A stretch of 64,000 bases of DNA from Seison nebaliae (GCA_023231475.1 JALJEE010001175.1:1-64000); one strand, 5' to 3'. Positions 12,531 to 26,476 are shown, numbered from the stretch's first letter. Notes: a model not told the origin generated them from the sequence alone. Made by a program: numbers and translations.

Positions 12531-13685
12531 ATTACTAAACATAAGTTCATTTGTAAACGTTATCTTTAAATAAGATTCATTTCATTTAGAGACAACAGTT
12601 CATCTTTTTTTAAATTTGAGTAGTTTTCTTTTGAATGTCTTGACAAAATTGTCTTTCATCAAACAAAGTTGGGAATTGCAATTTCATTAATATTTGGCTG
12701 CAACTACAACTATGATGTAAACAAATAAGACTTTTTCAAAAATCTTCTTGAAAAAAATAACTGACAACTTGTGAGATTGTTGTAAAACAAAACGTTACTT
12801 TAATGGAACTTTTGAATGTTCCACTTCGAAATATTCTTCAGAAACTCCATTAATTTTGGCATTACTTTCATTCTATAAATCTATAATACTCTGAAATTTT
12901 TGGTCAAAGCGCTCAAAGATATATTTCATGCACTATTTGATAAAAGTTCCAATTTCTTCCTTTCTCTACAAGATTGAATTCGGGAAATAGGAAGCATAGA
13001 TAAACGAAATATGTCATCCATATTGATAATAGGTCTCTGTCTTCAAGACGCAGCACAAATTTTCTTTCTCCACCATGATCTGAATTAAAAAACGGAGAAA
13101 GCATGAGAATATGTATATAACATATATTTATTCTCCACTACTGTGGAGATAACAATTCATTGTCGTTATACGATAAATGTCGTTATTTTATGTCAAATTA
13201 AACTATTACTTTCTGAGTTAATGAATAAGTTAAATATTTAGAAAGCAAATATTTCATATCCTTGTATGAAAAAAACAATTAATATGTACTTTATTATTAT
13301 TATAACTTGTATCATTCCCTATAACTTACGTTAAACATTTTCGGTCTTAGGTGGCTTTAGGTATCTGATTGGCATCATTGAACTCTGTTTGTCTTTTTCA
13401 CTCAACTAAAAATCAGACTTGCAGAGTTTACAATGATAAAAATATTTTATGATATATTTATGCAAAAAAAATAGAAGATACACAAATAAAGTTTTACTTT
13501 AAAAATGATAAACTATCATCATAGCGATATTCTGTTGTCGTTTCAAATTAATAATTCGATATTTCTAATTTTCAATTAATGAGAGAACATGTTTCGTTGA
13601 CTTTATTATATAAACTTCAAGAATAAAGAAAACATTACGTAGAAAAATAATAATTATCTTAAAATTTTATACAAAGAAATTGAAT

Positions 13686-14165
13686 TTATCCTGAACATCC
13701 ATGACAGCCACATTGCACACACTCAATCACTCGATTATTTTTCATTTTCTCTTTTGGAACTCGACATATGCAATTAGTTCCGAAATTTGTATCTTTTGTT
13801 TGAATACAGCGAAGACAACATAAATTTTCATATCCTAAATGGAAAAAAATTATATGATTAGAGAAGAAATGGGAGGAACCTTGTTTTTTCCATTTTGCAA
13901 TAAGAGCCGCATCACCAATCCTTTCTTTTAAACAATAATCATAAAGTTCTCTGCTGATTACTTTCCTTTTGTAGAACATTTCATAAATGAACCGACTACG
14001 TTGGTGATGGATCTGAAATATCGGCCATAAAGATTCTACTTTTCGCTTACCTTCATGTGATTCAGCTTCAGCTTCCTTCAATTTCGCATTAAGTTCTTCA
14101 ATCATAGGTTCGATTAAATCCCATCCTTCTGGAGGAGGTTTGTTTGAACGTCGTATACGACTCAT
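13686..14165 (-). CDS. BUD31: Splicing factor BUD31/G10; one 45-nt in-frame intron (13835-13879)
   Basis: [54 protein letters not shown]. Confidence 0.97.
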   Translation of the reverse strand: MSRIRRSNKPPPEGWDLIEPMIEELNAKLKEAEAESHEGKRKVESLWPIFQIHHQRSRFIYEMFYKRKVISRELYDYCLKERIGDAALIAKWKKQGSSHFFSNHIIFFHLGYENLCCLRCIQTKDTNFGTNCICRVPKEKMKNNRVIECVQCGCHGCSG

Positions 14166-14358
14166 TGTCGTTTGTTCGATTCTAATTGATTTATTTCACT
14201 TATAAAATATATTCTTAAACGAATTTATTTTTACTCAACCTATAATAAACGAGATTAAGATTATTCTCGTAAAAATTGTAAGCCGAACTAATTTGAATAA
14301 AATATAAAAATGATAAGTCGAATTTTAATCAATCGTCAAAGATATATAACTGGTAGCC

Positions 14359-14585
14359 GGACAGTTCGACTCCTTTTGAGTTGCTATTCAAAAATGACAG
14401 GTCTACTTGTTTCTTAAAACTTCTTTGGACAGTTCTACTTCTTTTTTTCACTTTGGTGGACACTTCTACTCTTTTTTAAGAAATTAGGGACAGTTCTACT
14501 CCATCGTTTATTGCTTTTAGACAGTTCTACTCCTTTTTTTATAAGACTCCTTTTCCTAAAAATATGGACAGTTATACATCTTTCT
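14359..14585. repeat. Array of ~7 GGACAGTTCTACT(C/T) motifs, period ~30-46 nt; DNA-transposon subterminal repeats
   Basis: Copies near 14359, 14396, 14427, 14458, 14488, 14520 and 14566; adjacent to a MULE remnant. Confidence 0.75.
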
Positions 14586-14930
14586 CTCAAGAAATTCTTT
14601 ACATTGCGCTACCTATTCTCTTCTCTCGTCGAGTCTTTACACTTATTGACAAGATCACTGAATCGAACTTCCATATTACACAAATTCCGAACATAAACAT
14701 CCTAAATAATCGTTCGGTTTTTTCGCATACAGTTCGTTATTACGGGTTATCGCGTGAGATTTCAATTGAAGATTTAAGAGATTTTACTTTTTCCTATGAA
14801 CCCGCAATTTCTATGTCAATCGATATGGATTCTCTCGCTGAATTACACCGATTAATCAATATCGGCGATGATCAAACTTTTTTTTCCACTTTTTTCTAAT
14901 TTATCCCAACGGGAATTTAATTGACAAATA
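14564..14930 (+). other. Small ORF inside the putative MULE-derived element, homologous to 6780-7073; frameshifted near the end
   Basis: Shared TVRYYGLS and DSL motifs; PNGN tail lies in a shifted frame. Confidence 0.5.
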
Positions 14931-15099
14931 ATAATAATAAACTAATCACATTCGTGGAATATTAGAGCCAGTTGTAAGTAACTTCATAATCTCGTATAAT
15001 TTTTTTGTTAACAGAATGAAAGACATTTATTTTTTTTAAACGAAATAAAAAAAACTCATCAGTCTGCATATATTTGTGAAACACAGTGGAAAAAGATGG

Positions 15100-15511
15100 A
15101 AAAATTCCTTCCGTCGAAAATTTTTAACGTCGATATCAAACTTTCATAGTTCTTAATATCGGTAGTTTTTCTCTTTTCAAAAATAAATGGTACAGGAGCT
15201 TTTCATATTTGAAGCATTTAATTAACGCATTTTCAAAAATACTTCTCTGATATAAAAGTGTCCGATTACTTTAAATTCCTACTGTATAAATACTTCAGAA
15301 GGATTTAGTACTTTTAAGATCGTTATTTTTTCTCTCGAAAAAATTGTAAATTGTTTGTTCGAGGAAAATTATTAATCGTGCGGTTGAAATTATTCCACAA
15401 TTTAGGGGGGAATCTTGCATTTTTCGAAATATAATTATCCTCAAAGTACTCATATATTACTTTTGTTTCTTTTGGTATTTGACTTTTTAAATAAGAAAAA
15501 ACAATGTTCAA
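15100..15511 (-). mobile_element. MULE (Mutator-like) transposase C-terminal remnant
   Basis: YFEDNYI...RFPPKLWN...PRTNN motif typical of animal MULE transposases. Confidence 0.7.
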
Positions 15512-15783
15512 TGAACGATAAATGCATCAATGCACGGCACAATGCATCTTAAGGATTCTAACTAAACTGTTTATGAGGCAAAAACAATGATTTATTTAGC
15601 TAAAACGATCGATCCTAATTATTTTGATGTTTCTTTAACAAAATTCGAATTTAAAATCTAAAACGTTAAAATGTGATTATTTGGAATTATTATTTTCAGT
15701 TCGATAATTAAACACTTAACTAATAATAAACTAAATGATGATTTAAATATAATATATTTATGGAGTGTTGGAATGATGAAAAA

Positions 15784-17586
15784 TTATCTTCCCTCTCGGT
15801 CAATAGTTGGACGTGTATTCACCATGTCCATAATTAATTTGTCTCGAGCGTATTCTTCTTTATCTAATTTAACCAATAAGTTCCTTTGGACATCTCTTCC
15901 ATGTTGTGCTTGACGATCGAACATATTATTAATCGCATTCTTATTCGTATCACACACTATAACGATCCTTGTGAGACTGCTTTTTTCTCCGTTGCATTCC
16001 ACATTCATCATTTCCGATGGAACGAAAAGTATGGGACGTGACGGTTGTCTTCCATTAATGCCAAAACCGGTTGGCGTTCTTTTTGAGTGGTAGAACATGA
16101 TGCCTTTACCAGAAGATAATACACGAAAAGTAGGTGATAACTGAACAGCTAATGCTTCATATGAACCACCGTTATTCATATGATCAGCAATACTCTCATC
16201 CATCGCAATCATATATCGATGATTTTCACTACTTTCCAAAACGATGAGAAATGACGAAGTGTAATTTAAGAGACGTTTCTGTAATTGTGTGATACTGAAT
16301 CCGTGTAGTTCGGTATCGAATAAGACATGAATATGATTAACATTTCGAACAAATGATGATGACGGTTGTTGCAAATGTAAATATGGTGGATAATGATCTA
16401 ATTCACACTCATTTTGATAGAATAAATTTATTGTGGATGAAAATGTTGGTTCATTGACATTCAACTTAATTAGTAAAGGAAAGAAGAATTGCACTTGAAA
16501 TGTCCCATTACATAACCACCACAACAAATATGCGTCGTCTATTCGGAATGATGATTTGGAACATGCACCGAGATCCTTTTTCATCATTCGCGCGTCATCA
16601 CAATCACCAGGACTATCCGTAGAGATGTTGCCACTAGTCGTATTCGTTGTCATTAAACTTGAGGTCATAGCTGCATTTTCATTCGTTTTATTTTGGAAAT
16701 TGAATATCTGAATAAAATATTTTCATTTTATTTTTCTTAGATGGATGAACTTGTGTAATTGGAATCAACTGATTATGTGTATTAGTAATTGCACACAATT
16801 GTACCACATTCAATAAGAATATGTGTAAAGATAAGAACATGGCAGGGAAATATTGCATGACCCATTCATTTAGTATCGTCATACTCCCTTTCAACATTTG
16901 ATAATTATCTTCTTTTTTGTTCTTCATAAACACATTCTAATTAACATTATTATAATAAAACCAATAATAAAATTAAGACAAAAATAAAACCAAATGATCT
17001 ACTATTCCATAAAGCAATTGACATTTACCTTCTAATACGTCCAACGTTCTCTTTTGTAATTTGTGATTTTTTTTCAGACGAAAACTTAAATCTTCATTCA
17101 AATAGAACACCAAGCAACAAAGTTTCACCAATTTCTTAGTATCTATAAGGAATTTACAAGGTCATGTTATAGAAAAGTTCAAAATATTTTAGAAACCGAA
17201 AAAATCAGCATTGCCTAACATATTTCCATAAAAATTGATAATTGAACTTTCATTAGCTGGTAAGTTGATGACGGTTTCTAAAACATTCGCATGAAGTAAA
17301 TCATTTAACAATTGATGATAATTCTCCAACATATTTTCCTTTCCAAATAAATCTGATAACAATTTATTGACATAATTCTAAAATTATCGGGAAATTAAAT
17401 AGACAGTTTGAAAATTAATGAGAAATGAACCATCACATGAATAGCCTTCACCAAATTTATTGATTCGAGATTATTAAATCTCTGGATGGCTTGAACACAA
17501 TTTTTGAGAATCAAATAATCATGTCTCTTTTCGGCAGAAATATCTGACACTCTGTTATTATTCACTTTCCCATTCTCATTTCCCAT
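15784..17586 (-). CDS. TLDc-domain protein with likely N-myristoylation; at least 5 exons
   Basis: MGNENGK start; four GTT..AG introns join the ORFs in frame; LFDTELHGFSITQL...FLIVL resembles the TLDc start. Confidence 0.6.
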
Positions 17587-17973
17587 TTTTCTTTGTTATA
17601 TATGATTTTATAAAAAGTCGATAATTAATAATTGTGAAAAATTGAATATTCCAAATTATTGATATTTTACCCAAATTTCTTCAACTTTTTTGCGCTAACT
17701 TAATTTTTCATTTTGTGGAATTAATTTTATTAATAATAAAATTATTCATTAGAACGATTAAAAATAAGATTTGAATTTGTTATTAAAATGACTAGATTTG
17801 TTGAATAATGAGCAGGAATTAATTTTTTAAATTTATTTACACAGCTAAAATTATAAACGAATATGATGTTCGAGAATAATTCATTAATTATTAACAGAAA
17901 TAACTAAATAATTTAACCGTTTTATCAGTTTCGTTGACGACGCAGAAAATTAGAAAGATAATTTTAAAGCAAA

Positions 17974-20417
17974 ATGGCAGATAATCAGAAAGCTCAAGAA
18001 GAGGAAGCGAATGAAATTATTGAGAATTATAGGAATAAAATAGATTTGAAAAATGCTGGTGATGTTCTCTATACGATTGAAGGTTCAGTTTTCGATAAAT
18101 TGTGTTAACTTCATAATCTTTTCTTTTTAGCTGTTGATTTGCCAACTGAATTCCAAGATGAAAGTTTCGATTATGAAGAAGTTCCTATCGATGATCATTA
18201 TGCTTATGGTTTCTAGAGAATTTTCATTCATTTCCATTATGTTCAATTGTAGAGGGAGAAGAGACATTGGAAGATATTATAAGAAATATTAAAGATAGTG
18301 AGAAGGCCAAACAAGGACCGAGTGACATTCCACCTGCTGAAATTATTGAACATGTCGAATTAGCTGATGATTTTGTGAGAAATTTCTTATTAAAAATGAA
18401 ATTATATAAAACTCTCGATTGCTTTCAAAACGAAGTATATGATGAAATACAAATCAACCCATCTTCCTTATTAGCCCGTCAAGAAATGTCTACTGATGAT
18501 ATAGAATTGACAACTAATGTACCTGGATGCGGGAAGCCGTTTATCGTTCCTACTGCTTTACTCGAATGCGATAGATTAGAAAATGAGAATAATTTTCTTA
18601 AAACTGAAATTGTGAAATATACGAAAATTGCCGAGTTATTCAATTTCATTAAATTCTAATGAAATTATCTGAATTTCTTCTTTTTGAAAGCGAATTGAAA
18701 GAAAAATTTATTTCATTGAAACGAGAACGAGATTTCCATCGTTTGAATCATCGTCGTGTTGCTCAAGAGAAGAATTTTTTGGTGACTAAAATCAAGAAAT
18801 TTAAAGATCAATTCGAACAATATAAACCGTTAATGGAAGATATGAAAGTACGATGCACGAAAGCACTCGTCGAACGACATACGATGGAGATACAACGAGA
18901 TAAAGCAGTGACGGAACTTCTAAGTTATAAGGCAGCACATGGCGATAGAGAAGCAGCAGATGTGTGGAAACTTGCCGATCCCACAAAAACTCAAGAAAGA
19001 TTAAAAGATTTTCAAGAATTGGAACGAATTCTCTCAAAGAAAGATACAGAAAAACTTCAATATGAATTTGTTCATCCATTAGTTAAATAATTTTTGATCT
19101 ACTCGACAATCTCATTCTTACTGTTTTTATACAAACAGGATAGTAGTTGGGGAAAAGATCGAGGATTTAATCCATTATTGAATCTATCTAAAATTCCCAG
19201 AGATCTATCTCATCTTAAGGTGAATCATGAATTACGTATTCATGAAGGTGCAGTAACTTGGTTAATTTGAAGTTTTAATTAATCTTTAAATTAATCATCT
19301 TCCAGTGTGCGATATCATCCAACGGAAAATTTAGTCGTTTCCTGTAGTGATGATCAGACGTGGAAGATAACAAAATGGTCAGAAGAAAATACTTTAACTT
19401 CAGGTATAGATGAAGCTGGATGGTTATCTTCGATTGACATAAATATGAAGTTCGTACAATTTCAATATCTCAATAAACTTTTCTGATTTAAAAGAGGAGA
19501 TCGAATTGTTACAGGTTCTGGTTCGAGTCATACCAGAATATGGAATGCTAATACCGGAAAACGATTACATACATTTGCTGGTCATATCGGTCAAGGTTCG
19601 AGGAGATGAATATTATATTTTTTGAAATAATTATATTTTTAGTTTGGGAGGTGAATTTTCATTCATGTGGAAATTTCTTCGCCAGTGCATCATCTGATAG
19701 TAAGATTCGGGTATTCGATCTAAACAGGTTCTACTCGTTTTTGATTGTTGTGATTCTTCAGAAAATTTCAGTCAACGTTGTCGAACTATCTTACGTCATC
19801 ATAATGATTCGGTCAATTCAGTACAATTTCTCTATTTTTCACATTTAATTGTATCTGGATCATCTGATAAAGTTGTCGCTCTGTGGGATGGTAGAACGGT
19901 TAATTAATAAAGATAATATTTCTTCATTTGAATTATTTTCATTTAATTCAGGCACATGTAGAACAGATGTTTATTGGACATAAAGCTTCAATCAATTCAA
20001 CAAGATTTTCTCTAAGAGTTTCACTTTCTTGTTTTCTCGTACAAAATGAAATTTTTGTTTAGGGTGACTCAATTATTTCATGTGACGCAAGTGGCACTGC
20101 CTTATTATGGGACTTACGTACACTACGTCCAAGACAGCGTTATACACATAATGATTGTATTAATTGTGTAGAATTTAATACATCCGGTTTTCTTTTATCC
20201 ATTTTATTTCATTGTTTATTTCATCAACTAATTTCTAGCTCCAGAATTGGTATTTGGTTTAAAAGATGGTCATGTCGAATTTGTGGATGTGGAACAGAAA
20301 CGTGAACCATTAAGGAGAAGTATTCATGATGGAGGAACATTAAGTATCAGTGTCAACCACAGAAGTACTGGTATGGTCACTTCGGGAAATAATCAATGTA
20401 TAGCCGTTTGGCAATAA
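17974..20417 (+). CDS. SPAG16: SPAG16/PF20 axonemal central-pair WD40 protein; 12 exons
   Basis: DDFVRNFLLKMKLYKTLDCFQNE, LKRERDFHRLNHRRVAQEKN and C-terminal WD40 repeats; 11 introns of 44-57 nt splice in frame. Confidence 0.9.
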
Positions 20418-21581
20418 TTTAAATGAAGAAATCAATTTTCAAAATACTTTTAATAAAAACTTTTAAACAACAAATGTTTCTGAAAATGTTTTAGTACAAT
20501 ATTCTCGTACAATCGGTACACCATATCGATAGGTGACATAAATGACAGACATTACGATTAATAATCCAAACGAACCTGATAGTCTATAATTAGGAACAAA
20601 AGAATTAAAATAATAATCTTACAGTCGATAACATTATTAAGAAAATTTCTCTGTCTTCGGGACAAGCAATTCTGGCTCTTTTCAATGTCTCTGAATATAT
20701 CGGATAGAAAGCGCATGGCCAAAAAAGCCGATACGGTTTTGGTGTGGCTGCTGTTTTACTCGACATTTAAATTCGTAGTGAAAGAATAAATGTTGAATAA
20801 AAAAATTTAAACTGAAATATGGATTTTTCAAATATCTAATTCTTAATAATTTTATTTTCCTTATTACACCAAAACTCTTTCGATATATATGTATCGATAT
20901 TGTTAGATAAAGATACAGAAATATAATTCTTTATTTAGTTAAATATTATATATCTGGAATATTTCATGAATATTTCAGTGAATAAATTTAACTACCTTAA
21001 ATTATTTAATCGAAAATAAGAGATTAATAATGGAAGAAAATATTAAGTAAAATTCCAATATTTTCTTTGAATAAATCAGTAAAAGAATACTTTTAAAGTG
21101 AAGGAAATATGGTGGTAGAGAATTTTGAAGTGGATAAATAATTCATCACATTGAGGTGTTTGAATGATTGATATCTTTGATCTTTGTCATCAGTAAGAGA
21201 AAGTTAACAGAAACAAAATTATCCTGTAAAGTAGTTGATAGATCCACCTACGCTAATCAAACAATGATATTCAATTTCTTAAATCCTCTTAATCATCAAC
21301 TTTGTCAGACAGTTTGGAGTGAACAGATGAAACAACGAAAATTATTCTTTCTAATTTTTTGAGTTAATTCACGAAGCCTTGACCCTTAATAGTATATGAA
21401 TCCATCATTTGCCTTATAGGCAAAAACATATAAATTTAGATAAGAATTAATGACTCAACCATTAAACTTATCATTAGTATCATAAACTGATTTTTCTGTG
21501 TTTGAAAAGTAGCTCTTCAAATTAACTATCGACTCGTTTAATTGAAAAGAAAGTCTTGAAATTTAATTAATGGAATAAGAA

Positions 21582-23995
21582 ATGATTCCATTACTCAAGA
21601 ACCATCTACCGCACTATTCATTATTGGTTAGAAGTGTAATTCTTTTTTCTCCAAATCCTTTACCGTGTTGTCAGATAATTCACATATTGTTAAATGTAGT
21701 TATCTTCTGCATTATTTTCTATCAATATTTCCAATTTGACAAATATTTCTACTTGAGAGAAATTACAGGAGTTTCATTTACATTATATTCCTTTCTTATA
21801 ATTAATTTATTATCATTTTAGTGGACTATAGCTTTGTCAAGAGCGGCTGCTGGTTGTATCAATTTCAATTGTTTCTTGATTCTTCTACCCATCTGTCGAA
21901 CGATCAATTCAATCTTAAGAAATTTTTTCCTCGTTCTATTTATTAATTAGCTCAATATTTCATTTGAAATTTTTCCTTTTAGAAACGGATAAACATCTTT
22001 TGTCGAATGATTGATAATTCCATCGACTACCATATTATTCTTGCCTATACTCTTATCTTTTGGTCAAGTTAGGTAGCTTTTTTAGAAAACGAATAAATTA
22101 GAAAATGTTATTAGTCCTACACATTCTGGGACATATATTCAATTTAGAACATTTAATAGTTGCTTGGAATTATCAAGAGCAACAGAAATGGAATAACGGT
22201 TCTATGACGGAAAGTGATCGACCTTTAATTCGTTTCTTAATGGGATTAACCAATGACAATAGTGTTGATCCATTTCAAAAGAGACACGTCGGTATCTCAT
22301 CGTATGTTCTCTATACTTGTGCACCTGGATGGACTGGTATTGGAATGGTAATCATTTTGACAATTATGTTCTTTTCAGCTCAATCTTTCGTTCGGTTAAA
22401 CATTTTTTGATTTATTCGAAACTGTATTTATTTTTCTTAGAAAAATATTCTTCAAAACTTTCTTTCGATTACATTATTTATTTCTTCCATTTCTCATATT
22501 ACTTTGTTTTCATGGAATTGGGTTGGATTTTAATTGAATTACTGAAAAAATTATTTAATTTATTTTAATGATAATTTATGATCTGAAGAGAATTAGTGAG
22601 ATATCAAACAAATGTGAAAGTTCATGATCCTAACTACTGTTCCTCACGTATCAATGAATGGACAGAAAGTGAAGGTAAATGTCCTCTACCGACGTTTGAA
22701 GGAACGAAACCTGCATCGTATAAATGGATAATATTTCCTCTTATAATATTTTTTATCGAATTATTAATACGTTTTATACGGCTCTGGGAGAAAGTTGACG
22801 TAGTTGAAGTTCTACCAATTTCTCTGTTTTTTTATTAAATGATGATTATTAAAAAAAGACAATGATTCATTCGTCAAATGTAGTGGAATTACGTTTAAGG
22901 AAATATTCATTAATTGATGAATATGGTCACAATATGAAATATGCTGTCGGTTCGTATCATTCTAAAATAATACTTTATTCATTTTCCACTTTTGTTAGGT
23001 CAATATGTTTCTATTCTTATTCCAAATATTTCTAAATTCGAATGGCATCCCTTCACCATCACATCATCTCCTTCAAATGACACTTTCTTTTCTTTACACA
23101 TCAGAGCTGTTGGCGATTGGACGAATGCTTTGAAGGAGATGGTAGAAGAAATGAACACTGTAACAGCAATCTGCACGGTCAACAATATGACTGAAAATGA
23201 AGTTGATAGGAATATTCAACATAAATTATGGGATCGAAATTATAAGATTCGAGTGAATGGTCCATTTGGAGCACCTGCTCAAGATTACTTCCTTTATGAT
23301 GTGGCTATTTTAATAGGTGCCGGTATCGGTGTTACACCTTACGCATCTGTTTTGTCTGATTTACAGTTAAATATTTTATTTCGACGTATCGAATATTTAT
23401 TCAATTTGAAGATTTCAATTATCCAAACGACTAACAAACGAAAATCCGAATAAGAAATGGAGTTTCGATCGTTTGAAGCATATCCATTTTTATTGGCTTT
23501 GTCCACAAATTAAAGATTTCTCATGGTTTTCACAAATATTCGAACAATTGGATAAAAGTCAAATGAAAATGTATTCACCTCAAAAACAAAACGAATCGTT
23601 ATCTGATTCCATTGGAACATTACTTATCAATAATCGAATTCATTTAACGAGACCTCTTAATCCCGACCAAGTTTTAGACAATTCAAATTTTTTATTCCTA
23701 CATTTATTACCTGAACTTATTTCAGATCAAATCAACAATTGACAATTACTCAAATTTTGTTGATAATTTTACGAAACTCCACCTGACTAAAACTTATTTT
23801 GGACGACCCAACTTCTCCCAACTCATTTTACAAATCAATGAACGATATAGAGACAAATATTCACGAATTGGTCTCTTTTGTTGTGGACCACCAACATTGA
23901 GTGCTTCCTTGAAAAAATTATGTAATGAAATGAATCATCTCAATTCCAAACTGTCCATTCACTCCACCTTGTATTACAATGAGGAAAAATTTTAG
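21582..23995 (+). CDS. NADPH oxidase catalytic subunit, NOX2/gp91phox-like with no EF-hands; 11 exons
   Basis: Ferric-reductase TM His residues, [43 protein letters not shown], terminal EEKF*. Confidence 0.92.
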
Positions 23996-24423
23996 TTTTA
24001 ACTACAAATTCGAATATATTCAATTTCAGATATTCATACTTTTTTTTCATCCCACAACAAGACTATAAGACAACAATGACGAACCATTTATAATTTTTGT
24101 AATTAAATTCCTTTTTTGAAAATAAAATGTAATGTACTAACATATTGTAACTGGAATTAGAAAATTCCCCAAATCTCATATGACATATGATAATCATAAA
24201 ACAAACAGAATCATCAATGTCTTATGCATTATTAGGTATTATTATTATGTAGTGATAAAAAAAAAATAAACACACAATTTAATGCGTGCGTTATTGGAAA
24301 TGATTTATAATTTATGTCCTCTTTCTTTTCATCTGGAAGAGATGATTAATTTCATAATCAAAAATGTTATAATAGAATTGTAAGTTTAATCTCATAAGCA
24401 TAAAAGAGTTGCTAAAAAACTTT

Positions 24424-25980
24424 CTAAAAATTGTGAAATAAATTTTTTCCTAACGTTTCGTTAGATTCTTTAAAACAGAAAGGATATTTTGATAAATCTT
24501 TGTGAAGAGGACTTATGTTTAATGGTGATGGAATGGGAAATTTCCGATCTTCCAAATCTTGCCACAAAATATTAGAGAATAACTGTTGTTCTTTAATTTC
24601 CTCATAATCGTTTTTACTTCCTAAACGAAGATGTTGTTTAATCCTTAGTAATTTCTTGATAACAGAATATACATCATTATAACTTTCTTCCCAAGTGTCA
24701 GTAATATCTTTTGCTAACAGAGAACATTTCCTAAAAAATTTACAAGTTGGATATTTGGGAAAATTGCGAACGGCATCTTCATAAATCTGAAACAATTCGA
24801 AATCACCACAAATCATGGAAATTTGTCCATTTTTCAATTTTAATTTAGGTAGTTTTCCGAATGGAACATTTCCAAATGTGTTGGACAATTGATAGAGAAT
24901 GACACCAAATGACCACCAATCAGTAGGATAAGAATATCCTTTCATTAAAAACATTTCTGGTGAATTATGTGTAGGAAGACCGACTAGTGACGATGCAACC
25001 GGAAATTCTGGTTTAACTTTCTTGCACAAATTCAATTCGCATAATTTTATATAACCCGTATTCACATCCATCATAAATGAAGCTAAATTGATATTGCGAT
25101 GAATGATACATATTCGATGGAGATAACCGATTGTCAATGCGATTTGCGCACCGAAAAAGGCAATATTGGCGGGAGATAATGGTAATAAGGATTTGAGTGC
25201 GATATCCATTCGTCCTCCATTGATATATTCGAAAATTTCAAATAAATTATTATTGGTTTGATGAGTAGATTGTAATTCCAATATAAATGAATTCATACTA
25301 ATATTGGAGAATGATTGACGTTCATTACTAATTAAATTCTGCCAATTCTTTAAAATCACTCGATATTTATCGATAATTCGAATAATATGTAATTCCTTCT
25401 CAATCTTACTCGTTTTTGTCGTGTTATTTAAAGTTTTTGGTGCGAAATATTTGATGAATATTTCATCGTATAACATCATCAAATCATCTTTCTCTTGTTG
25501 ATTGTCAGATGATAATTTCTTTTCTACATCCACCTCCAAATTAGTAGTACTTAATCGTCGAACAAATTTCCCCTCTGATCGCGGTGAATAATGACCAACA
25601 AAATACACACTCACTTCGTCTGCACAAATCATTCCAACTAAATGATATTCGTTTAAAATTGAAGGGAAATAGTCTAATTTCTTTGTTAATTTTAATGCAG
25701 ATGATGATGCTTTGGATGACATGACATCGATGAATGTCGCACTTCGACCTATCACAATCTTATTATGATGTACATCTTCGTTCTTTTCTTCGAATCGTTT
25801 CAACATCGATTTCATATCATTCCGTTCCATATTCACATTCGATTTACGTGCACTCTCCACCATAAATATTCGTGGATGATGATTAGATTTGAAAGGCATC
25901 GATTTCGAAAATGAAAGACCGACATTGCTTCTGGTTTTCAAAGAATATTTTTTTGAATAATCCTCATTCATTTTTAGCAA
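24424..25980 (-). CDS. AGC-like kinase-fold protein, probable pseudokinase (intronless)
   Basis: FEYINGG, SPE, DWWSFGV and RLG motifs present; HRD replaced by HRN and DFG by ELN. Confidence 0.75.
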   Translation of the reverse strand: MLKMNEDYSKKYSLKTRSNVGLSFSKSMPFKSNHHPRIFMVESARKSNVNMERNDMKSMLKRFEEKNEDVHHNKIVIGRSATFIDVMSSKASSSALKLTKKLDYFPSILNEYHLVGMICADEVSVYFVGHYSPRSEGKFVRRLSTTNLEVDVEKKLSSDNQQEKDDLMMLYDEIFIKYFAPKTLNNTTKTSKIEKELHIIRIIDKYRVILKNWQNLISNERQSFSNISMNSFILELQSTHQTNNNLFEIFEYINGGRMDIALKSLLPLSPANIAFFGAQIALTIGYLHRICIIHRNINLASFMMDVNTGYIKLCELNLCKKVKPEFPVASSLVGLPTHNSPEMFLMKGYSYPTDWWSFGVILYQLSNTFGNVPFGKLPKLKLKNGQISMICGDFELFQIYEDAVRNFPKYPTCKFFRKCSLLAKDITDTWEESYNDVYSVIKKLLRIKQHLRLGSKNDYEEIKEQQLFSNILWQDLEDRKFPIPSPLNISPLHKDLSKYPFCFKESNETLGKNLFHNF

Positions 25981-26131
25981 GTTATTTTGGTAGAATGCTC
26001 GTTGATAATTATTTATTAGATAAATTTAAAATTATGGAAGAAAAACTTTTTTTTAGAATAAACATAAAAAAGGAAAATTGAAAATGTTTCTTTTATTTTA
26101 GAATTCATTTTTTTTTCTATAAGAAAATAGT

Positions 26132-26476
26132 TTAATATTCATAATAATTATTTTGACGATCAAATGTTCGATCTATGTCAGCCCAGGAAGCTCGACACAT
26201 TGGACATCGACTATTCGTCCCTTCAGTTTTCACCCATTTCTTTATACAATGAAAATGGAAACTGTGATTGCATTTACCTGAAGCAACTGGACAACTCGTT
26301 CCTGGTAAAGTACAATCAGGACAACATGCATCAAAATAGCAACGGCAAATGCCACAAGTATCGTCAGTTGCTATCCATTTCCAAATTGCCACACCTTGAA
26401 TCTTTCCATATTTTATCTTTAATGGTTTCTGGACAATGTTCGTCTCTTTTTTCTTATTATCACCATCAACTTCCAT
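26132..26476 (-). CDS. ANAPC11: APC/C subunit 11 (RING-H2)
   Basis: WKW...DDTCGICR..FDACCPDC.LPG..CP...GKCNHSFHFHCI.KW...CPMCR. Confidence 0.95.
   Translation of the reverse strand: MEVDGDNKKKETNIVQKPLKIKYGKIQGVAIWKWIATDDTCGICRCYFDACCPDCTLPGTSCPVASGKCNHSFHFHCIKKWVKTEGTNSRCPMCRASWADIDRTFDRQNNYYEY

Noticed and set aside
14359..14585. CRISPR-like repeat/spacer array
   Set aside because: Repeats are short (~13 nt) and degenerate, spacers are T-rich and irregular, there are no cas genes, and the context is eukaryotic and next to a MULE remnant
17974..23995. Alternative genetic code or pseudogenisation suggested by fragmented ORFs
   Set aside because: All stops and frameshifts fall inside GT-AG mini-introns; TAA, TAG and TGA all serve as normal stops
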